Assembly: GCA_040289575.1 (NCBI GenBank)
Contig: PSLL01000028.1
Location: 10,052 to 31,972, forward strand
Direction of reading: 5' to 3'
Length of the DNA: 21,921 nucleotides
Source of the DNA: Candidatus Dadabacteria bacterium
GTDB taxonomy: Bacteria > Desulfobacterota_D > UBA1144 > Nemesobacterales > CSP1-2
Of the stretch, positions 16,209 to 21,921 are shown one piece after another. The notes under the pieces are model-generated. The model was not told the DNA's origin. It ran no database searches and was given only the letters and a program-made list of their open reading frames with translations. A program made the translations under genes and the position numbers. Positions within the stretch are counted from its first letter, which is position 1. The number at the start of each line of letters is the position of its first letter.

Positions 16209-17119
16209 CACCAGAGGACTTTCAAAAACAACTATCTGAACTGCCACCCGACACACCAGTCACGGCTGAACACATTTTAGTCATGCTTGAGATTTTGAAA
16301 AACGGTTCCAAACCCAAACCTGTAGCTCAAGAACCAAAAGACAAGAACTACAGCCAGTGGGATTCTCAAAAAGTAATTGACCAAGATACTTTAGCGGAGT
16401 GGATTAATGAGTCACCCTCTACATTAGAAAAGTGGAGGATGACAAACAATGCAGGACCACAAGCAACTTACAAGAAAAAACGTGTTGGCTATCAAGTTGG
16501 AAAAGTTAGGGAGTGGCTAAATCAAAATACTCATGATTCAAGTATTCAACATCAACATGCAAAGCAAGCCGAACTACAAGCAGCATTGAGCGGCAAGAAA
16601 ATCAAAAAACTGTTTTCGTTTGGTATGGAATGGGATCAAGTTGAACCACTCATTTTTATAGATAACGAACCTAGGCCGTATTTCTCTACCTTTGACGATG
16701 AATTAAACATTACGGGTTACGAGGTGCGATGGAGTCAGAGCGAAAGTTTGGCATATTGGTTTATGGATCAATTGAAATCATATCCAGACAAAGCAGTTGA
16801 TAGGCTTGAGGTTCGTGGCAACATCAACGAAATGAGCTTGTATTTGGTTGATGGTGAGGTTCAGAAACGAAACCTTGCACATACAGTAGCTACCATCCCC
16901 TTTGATAGCGAAGTAAAATACCAAGAACTCATTTTTGACTTGCTGTACTTGGGAGTTGATTTCAAAGCAGTGGATGAGCAAGGCCGTGATGCAGTGACAC
17001 TTGCAGAGCATGAGAACAACGGCTTTTTTGCCAAAACCGTCAAGTCCTACTATCACTACTGGGAACTGCAAGACAAATTAGCGAAAAAGCCATTCAAATT
17101 AGCGAAAAAGCCATTTTAG
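16205..17119 (+). CDS. Excisionase/AlpA-like winged-HTH protein fused to a C-terminal ankyrin-like region
   Basis: LAEWINESPSTLEKWRMTNNAGPQATYKKKRVGYQVGKVREWL (Xis/HTH_17 pattern); LIFDLLYLGVDFKAVDEQGRDAVTLA (ankyrin pattern); ATGA overlap with int. Confidence 0.7.
   Translation: MTPEDFQKQLSELPPDTPVTAEHILVMLEILKNGSKPKPVAQEPKDKNYSQWDSQKVIDQDTLAEWINESPSTLEKWRMTNNAGPQATYKKKRVGYQVGKVREWLNQNTHDSSIQHQHAKQAELQAALSGKKIKKLFSFGMEWDQVEPLIFIDNEPRPYFSTFDDELNITGYEVRWSQSESLAYWFMDQLKSYPDKAVDRLEVRGNINEMSLYLVDGEVQKRNLAHTVATIPFDSEVKYQELIFDLLYLGVDFKAVDEQGRDAVTLAEHENNGFFAKTVKSYYHYWELQDKLAKKPFKLAKKPF
17074..17115 (+). repeat. Perfect 21-bp tandem duplication encoding KLAKKPF twice
   Basis: CAAATTAGCGAAAAAGCCATT at 17074-17094 and 17095-17115. 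Confidence 0.95.
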
Positions 17120-17141
17120 TTTCACATACGGTATTAATAAG

Positions 17142-17168
17142 AAAAGCTCCTGTAATGGGAGCTTTTTT
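17142..17168 (+). terminator. Intrinsic terminator
   Basis: AAAAGCTCC-tgtaatg-GGAGCTTTT followed by T residues. Confidence 0.85.
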
Positions 17169-17437
17169 CATTTGACGAACAATCCGTTATTTGGGACTTG
17201 TGATGTATTTTAGGTATGACCCTTGACCGTGAAAAACTGCACTCTCATCAACAAACCCCTCCCTTTTGTAGCTACCTGACGTATAATAGTGTGTATACAA
17301 TGTAACCGTGGTTGTAACAATATTCGTACAACCCAGATACCTGCTCCTAGAATTAAATTATTTTTAACAGATTTATCTATTGTTTAACAATTTTGCCACG
17401 TTATAATTAAAGTATATATTTTAAAAAAGGAAAAAGA

Positions 17438-18937
17438 ATGAATGAATTTAAAGAATTGGAAACTGTTATTTCTGAAATTGAAAGCGAGGTAAATCCGAAG
17501 AGTGATTTTGCAAAATTTGAAATTAAAGAATATTTTAAGTCATTGATGCAAGAAGCTGGCGATGCCTCAATTTTACTTGAGAGTATTTCATTAGATTCTC
17601 ATCAAAATCTAGATAATAAACCAGTTTTAGACTTTGCCACAAATGTAATAACAAGAATACATAAAATATCTCCTGAAATATTAGTTAATCTATGTCAATA
17701 CACTGGATTTTCACAGAAACAAATTGTCAAAGTAAAAGAAATTTGTGAACTAAAGGAAAAGTCTACTGATAAATCAATTTGTCATCTTTTTGAATCAACG
17801 GCTCTTGAATTATCATTAATAAATTATCCGAAAAATAAAGAACTTTTAAAGTCCAAAAAGAATAATTTAAAAGTAAATGAAGAAGAAGACGAAAATACTT
17901 TTGATTCATTTTTAAGATATTTGGTTAAAATTGGTGTTCCAAGTCAGATACTTGAAAATCTAGCTAGTCTCACTGTATACCAAAAGTTTCAATTACAAGA
18001 TGATTTAAAAATTAATTTCAAGCTACAGAATATTTATAACAGATTTGTTGAAACAGGCATCATTAATAAAGATGAAATAGAATATTCTAAAAATATCATT
18101 TATAGTTCTATTTTAAAAAATCTAAATTCTCACCCAATTCAAATACTCAATACTAACGGATACCCAGTTGCAAGTTACTCTGATAAGCAATTTACTGAAG
18201 AGTTTTTTATGAAATGCTCTCCATCAACTGTCTTTGATGCATGGGGGGTAAAAGACGAAATGTTACTTGTTTATTGCATGACAAATAACCATACATTTGA
18301 GAGTCAGGACATCCAAATTGTAAGAGATGCATATGGCGTTTTAAATGGGATGTCAAAAGGTAAATTGAATGGGGTTAAAGATTTTGAAATGATTGCTCTA
18401 TGTAATCCATTACTAGGTGATGATAATGAAGATTATTTAATGTTCAATAATCAGCTAAAACAAATGGTCAATGCAGGAACAATTTCTCAATTGGAATATA
18501 ATTCATTGAAATATGCTCCTGTAAATAAAGAAATGCTTAATATTATTGATAATACAGCCGATGGTTTGTATGAGCAAATTAAAGGACGCATTAGTTTAGG
18601 TTTACATTCTGATAATAGTCTAGCTGTTAAACTCAAAACAAAATCAATTCAAGTTTCCACTAGCATTTCTGGCATAGTGCGAGCGATTGGCACTTTAAAG
18701 AAAATAAGTGAATGTAATCCAACTTTACATCAAATAGATTCTGCATTCGCAACATATGCAAAGGATATGGCTGACGGATATCGTTTGGCTCATGCTGCTT
18801 TTGTTAACTATTCTCCCAAGGATTTAGAAACAAAAGATTTGTTAGATAATGCTATAAAAGATTTATTAGCAATTAAGAAAACATTAATTTCTAGCAATAG
18901 TCGTCATAGCAAATCACCCTGGACGCGTTCGGTCTGA
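17438..18937 (+). CDS. Very AT-rich hypothetical protein; last codons derive from out-of-frame herA sequence
   Basis: 499-aa ORF; AAAGGA RBS; TTGTTT-16 bp-TATAAT upstream (17380-17407); abrupt GC rise near 18910. Confidence 0.8.
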   Translation: MNEFKELETVISEIESEVNPKSDFAKFEIKEYFKSLMQEAGDASILLESISLDSHQNLDNKPVLDFATNVITRIHKISPEILVNLCQYTGFSQKQIVKVKEICELKEKSTDKSICHLFESTALELSLINYPKNKELLKSKKNNLKVNEEEDENTFDSFLRYLVKIGVPSQILENLASLTVYQKFQLQDDLKINFKLQNIYNRFVETGIINKDEIEYSKNIIYSSILKNLNSHPIQILNTNGYPVASYSDKQFTEEFFMKCSPSTVFDAWGVKDEMLLVYCMTNNHTFESQDIQIVRDAYGVLNGMSKGKLNGVKDFEMIALCNPLLGDDNEDYLMFNNQLKQMVNAGTISQLEYNSLKYAPVNKEMLNIIDNTADGLYEQIKGRISLGLHSDNSLAVKLKTKSIQVSTSISGIVRAIGTLKKISECNPTLHQIDSAFATYAKDMADGYRLAHAAFVNYSPKDLETKDLLDNAIKDLLAIKKTLISSNSRHSKSPWTRSV

Positions 18938-19263
18938 TTGCGAAAGAGGGTAGGAAATACGGGCTAACAACGATCCTCGCCACCCAACGGCCGCGTGACA
19001 TACCAGAGGACGTGTTGAGTCAGATGGGTATGTTTGTAGTCCACCGGCTCATCAACGAGCGAGACCGATCAGTTGTAGAAAAGGCGTGCGGAAACTTGGA
19101 TGGTTCGGCAGCGGCGTTCTTGCGAACACTAGGTCAAGGCGAGGCTATTCTTGTAGGTGTAGATTTTCCGATGCCCACCCCTGTAAAGATTACACCGCCC
19201 AACTATGAACCGAAATCACATGGCCCCAACTACAGCAAGTTTTGCTTATTTAAGACTGCGTAA
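18910..19263 (+). pseudogene. herA: 3' remnant of a HerA/FtsK-family ATPase
   Basis: Frame reads ITLDAFGLIAKEGRKYGLTTILATQRPRDIPEDVLSQMGMFVVHRLINERDR..GEAILVGVDFPMP; in-frame TAG at 18907-18909; Walker A and B missing. Confidence 0.88.
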
Positions 19264-19268
19264 AGTTG

Positions 19269-19297
19269 TTGACTTGCCATACTTGATAATTTAAAGT
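19269..19297 (+). promoter_or_regulatory. Sigma70-like promoter (not of the operator family)
   Basis: TTGACT (19269-19274), 17 bp, TAAAGT (19292-19297). Confidence 0.5.
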
Positions 19298-19368
19298 GAA
19301 CGTATCAACACAAGTTAGCAAGGTGTTGAGTAAGCCAAGACAACCTACTCACTTAGAAAGTCAAAAAA

Positions 19369-20247
19369 ATGAACACTGCTGCTAACCCAATCAAAACACA
19401 AACCAACGCACCAACCGCCGCACCGACCAACGCAGTTTCGGAAAAGGTCAAAGCACCTGAAAAAATGAGCCGCAACGAAATCCTCACAGAAATCAAAGCA
19501 CTGCGTGATTTGGTTGACCGTGACAAAGCTGATGCATCAGACTTGGACCGTTTGCATAAACTGGAACAAGCAAAGCTGCACATTCGTGAAAGCCGCAAAA
19601 CCGAAATCGCATCAGTGATTGCAAAATTGGCGACAATTGGCGATGTCAAGCTGCTTGAATTATTCCCTGAAACCAGTGTGAAAGAATTGCTGGAAATGGT
19701 TGAACAAAACGAACTGCGTTCGGCTATCAAGGGTATGGGTTACACAAAGACAGCTCCTGCTAGTGGTTCAGGTAACAGCACCCCAACTGTAAAGAAAACG
19801 GGCGAACTCCCATCGGAAAAGGGTGAGCCGTTGATGTTTATTGCAAAGACGAGCGACCACCACGCCGCACTTGATTTCCAATACAAGGCCGGCCGTCTGT
19901 ATGAAAATGTTCTTGACAAAGGTCAGCAATCCGACAAAAAAATTGCAAAATACAAGGCAAGTGGTTACGGCAATCCATACATGATGGGCGGATTTCCTGA
20001 TCCGTTGTTGAAACTGGCTAAAGAGGAGTTTGCAAAAGCCAAACCTGATTTGAAAGCAGCACTGCACGGTAAGCTGAACGATGCAGGTAAAGAGCATTTC
20101 AAAAAACCTGAAAACCAACAAGAATTTGACCACCTTGTTACTTATGTTGCCAACCATTGGGAAAAGGCAGCAGAGGCTAAAGCCGCAGCAGCCAAAGCAG
20201 CAGCAGCCGCAAAGACAGCCAAAGCAGCAGCAGCAGCAAAAGCCTAA
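19369..20247 (+). CDS. Putative nucleoid-associated protein: H-NS-like oligomerisation segment and Ala/Lys-rich tail
   Basis: 292 aa; LEQAKLHIRESRKTEIASVIAKLATIGDVKLLELF resembles H-NS N-terminal helices; tail KAAEAKAAAAKAAAAAKTAKAAAAAKA. The canonical TWxGxGRxP motif is absent, so the CDS is secure and the function is tentative. Confidence 0.55.
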   Translation: MNTAANPIKTQTNAPTAAPTNAVSEKVKAPEKMSRNEILTEIKALRDLVDRDKADASDLDRLHKLEQAKLHIRESRKTEIASVIAKLATIGDVKLLELFPETSVKELLEMVEQNELRSAIKGMGYTKTAPASGSGNSTPTVKKTGELPSEKGEPLMFIAKTSDHHAALDFQYKAGRLYENVLDKGQQSDKKIAKYKASGYGNPYMMGGFPDPLLKLAKEEFAKAKPDLKAALHGKLNDAGKEHFKKPENQQEFDHLVTYVANHWEKAAEAKAAAAKAAAAAKTAKAAAAAKA

Positions 20248-20263
20248 TCAACTGAACTACCCT

Positions 20264-20290
20264 AAAGATCCTGTCATAGGAGCTTTTTTT
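20264..20290 (+). terminator. Intrinsic terminator (one stem mismatch)
   Basis: AAAGATCCT-gtcat-AGGAGCTTT followed by T residues. Confidence 0.7.
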
Positions 20291-20313
20291 ATGCACGAAA
20301 TTATTGGAAACTT

Positions 20314-21039
20314 ATGAACGACGAGCAAAGAGAAACCTATAAGGCTCAATTTACAGAGGGTGTATCGTTCACTCTCAACATGTGCAAAGCATTTTTGCTA
20401 ATTGACAACGAGAAAGAACAAATTGCCGAACTTGATAGCCAATTAAGAATTCTGGTGGACATTGATGAGCAACTGGGAATTGCAAGAGATTTCATGATGG
20501 AGTTGTTCGGAGACCCATCAACCAATTGGGGAGCATTAACAGCAGGGACAGCTAATAATTACATTGCCAAGACCAAAAAACGAGGACTTGCTAGTTTCCT
20601 CTACAGTCACATGCTTGCCTACTACTTTGAAAATAGGACCGACGATGATCGGTATTTCAAGGCAGCACAACAAGCCATAGAGAGTGCAGCTACGAGCAAG
20701 CCAAAAATCTTGAATCATCTGTTGCTTGGAGCCGTTGAGTGTATTTTGAGTCAAGATAGCGACGATGGCGAACTCTGCTTTGATTTTGTTCATGACGAAA
20801 AATTCATGGCAAATCTTAAACGTATTATGGACACTTTGCAGAGTCTAGGCGTGAAATTCACTGGCGACATGACAGAACAGTGGACAGGAAAAGACTACGA
20901 AAGCTTTTGGAATTACATCTACGAAAAATTTGATAAAGACCAAGGCAGTGATTACAAGACCATTATCGAATTTCTCACACCATACGGAAAAACAGAGACA
21001 ACCAAGATTGCAGCTAGGCGATGTTTGGTAGTGTATTGA
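20314..21039 (+). CDS. Acidic alpha-helical hypothetical protein
   Basis: 241-aa ORF between two terminators; weak GGA RBS. Confidence 0.75.
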   Translation: MNDEQRETYKAQFTEGVSFTLNMCKAFLLIDNEKEQIAELDSQLRILVDIDEQLGIARDFMMELFGDPSTNWGALTAGTANNYIAKTKKRGLASFLYSHMLAYYFENRTDDDRYFKAAQQAIESAATSKPKILNHLLLGAVECILSQDSDDGELCFDFVHDEKFMANLKRIMDTLQSLGVKFTGDMTEQWTGKDYESFWNYIYEKFDKDQGSDYKTIIEFLTPYGKTETTKIAARRCLVVY

Positions 21040-21045
21040 AATACG

Positions 21046-21073
21046 AAAGGCTCCCAATACGGAGCCTTTTTTT
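21046..21073. terminator. Terminator between convergent genes
   Basis: AAAGGCTCC-caatac-GGAGCCTTT followed by T residues. Confidence 0.85.
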
Positions 21074-21084
21074 ACGTCTGAACA

Positions 21085-21337
21085 TTAGTAGAACCACTTG
21101 CAGTAAGCAACTATTGCCGCAGCACCCAACACCATTGCAATGATGATGGTTTCGAATTTTGACATATATGCGGTAATCCTCATAACTCAACGATGCAATT
21201 TTTGCATGATGATTAGACATGCGACTTTGAGCATCACGATTTGCATAGTAGGCAGTAATTTTACTGTTAGCTAAGTCATCACTATCATGGCTATTGACAC
21301 CAGCCGAATATGCATCATTGTTGTTGAACCAGCCCAT
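21085..21337 (-). pseudogene. Small tail-anchored membrane protein gene with an apparent 1-nt frameshift near 21170
   Basis: GGGAG RBS and ATG at 21337; removing one base gives an 83-aa protein ending MSKFETIIIAMVLGAAAIVAYCKWFY with its stop at 21087-21085, just before the terminator. The unshifted frame runs through the terminator. Confidence 0.6.
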
Positions 21338-21351
21338 AATTTTCTCCCGTT

Positions 21352-21389
21352 GTATATCTTATAGTTACGCGCATCTAAAAAAGTGTCAA
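21352..21389 (-). promoter_or_regulatory. Family promoter P8 (minus strand) with degenerate operator
   Basis: TTGACA (21389-21384), 16 bp, TAACTA; GTAAC-N7-TATAC in the same register as the other copies. Confidence 0.55.
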
Positions 21390-21399
21390 GGCCGTAGAC

Positions 21400-21429
21400 A
21401 AAAATAAAGCCCCATTTCTGAGGCTTTTT
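21400..21429 (-). terminator. Intrinsic terminator of the last gene
   Basis: Minus strand AAAGCCTCA-gaaa-TGGGGCTTT-ATTTTT. Confidence 0.75.
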
Positions 21430-21434
21430 GTAGA

Positions 21435-21920
21435 TTACTCCAATTTGTCTATGTCACGAAATTTACTCAATTCACCACTAAGATAGTGACCCAATGGTTT
21501 TTCACCACCGTTGAACTTTGATTTTTTATCAGCAGTGAAAGCATTACGAGCAGTCACGGTTGCCTCTTTCAACTTACTAGCAATCTCTTTTTTGTCAGTG
21601 ATACCGGACGCTTTCATGCCATGTTTTGCTTTTTCATACATGCCTACAGCCTCCTTGAATTTTGAGCCTGAGAATGTGCCACCAGCGAACCCCTTAATCA
21701 TGGCTCCGCTACCTGGTCCGAATTCTTGATTAAGAGTAGATTTCATAGCAGTGTCCATTTGTTCATTAGATGTTTTGTCAGGATTTACTTTTCTTTCCTC
21801 GTCAAGATTTTTTGCGAATGCTTGAGCTTTAGGACTATCATTACCACCCAAATCATCAATTTTGGAGTCAAATTGTTTTTTAGCACTCTTAGCACTCATT
21901 TCAGCCAAGCTACTACCACC
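21435..21920 (-). CDS. 3' end of a large gene starting right of the window (hydrophilic G/K/S-rich C-terminus)
   Basis: Frame is open to the window edge; stop at 21437-21435 followed by a terminator. Confidence 0.7.
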   Translation of the reverse strand, partial: GGSSLAEMSAKSAKKQFDSKIDDLGGNDSPKAQAFAKNLDEERKVNPDKTSNEQMDTAMKSTLNQEFGPGSGAMIKGFAGGTFSGSKFKEAVGMYEKAKHGMKASGITDKKEIASKLKEATVTARNAFTADKKSKFNGGEKPLGHYLSGELSKFRDIDKLE

Positions 21921-21921
21921 A

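Larger units (their letters stand above)
1..21921. mobile_element. Segment of an integrative (ICE-like or integrative-plasmid) element in circular/excised configuration; extends beyond both window ends
   Basis: attP-type site with a tRNA 3' fragment directly upstream of a tyrosine integrase; VirD4-like coupling protein; the same promoter and terminator families on both sides of the att site; no housekeeping genes. Confidence 0.75.

Noticed and set aside
19012..19263. Independent 83-aa gene
   Set aside because: It is an internal part of the HerA remnant; homology continues upstream of the GTG to about 18910.
494..21729. Short ORF-track entries antisense to or nested in larger genes (e.g. 2468-2782, 4251-4589, 15351-15722, 19353-19730, 20081-20317, 21511-21729)
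   Set aside because: Shadow frames of well-supported genes, without RBS or recognisable motifs.

Overview
This AT-rich window reads as the interior of an integrative, probably conjugative, mobile element captured in its circular (excised or episomal) form. The core evidence is an intact attP at about 14270-14730: the 3' part of a tRNA-Lys(UUU) gene, its terminator, four IHF-consensus sites and integrase arm-type repeats on both sides. A P4-like tyrosine integrase and an unusual excisionase-HTH/ankyrin-like fusion follow it. The left end has an operon with a VirD4/TraD-like coupling ATPase and a lysozyme-like lipoprotein. Cargo includes a NitT/TauT-type ABC transporter, a YadA-like trimeric autotransporter, a FeeM/GNAT-like acyltransferase, a DUF4116-repeat protein, a putative H-NS-like protein, a HerA ATPase remnant and many orphans. 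The most striking unexplained structure is a family of eight promoters with the same geometry (-35, 16 bp, TA-initiated -10), each overlapped by a palindrome GTATW-N7-WATAC. Most drive a gene or operon closed by a related terminator, giving a modular cassette-like regulon, and a tandem ribbon-helix-helix ORF is the candidate repressor. Family assignments come from visual motif recognition only; no searches were run.
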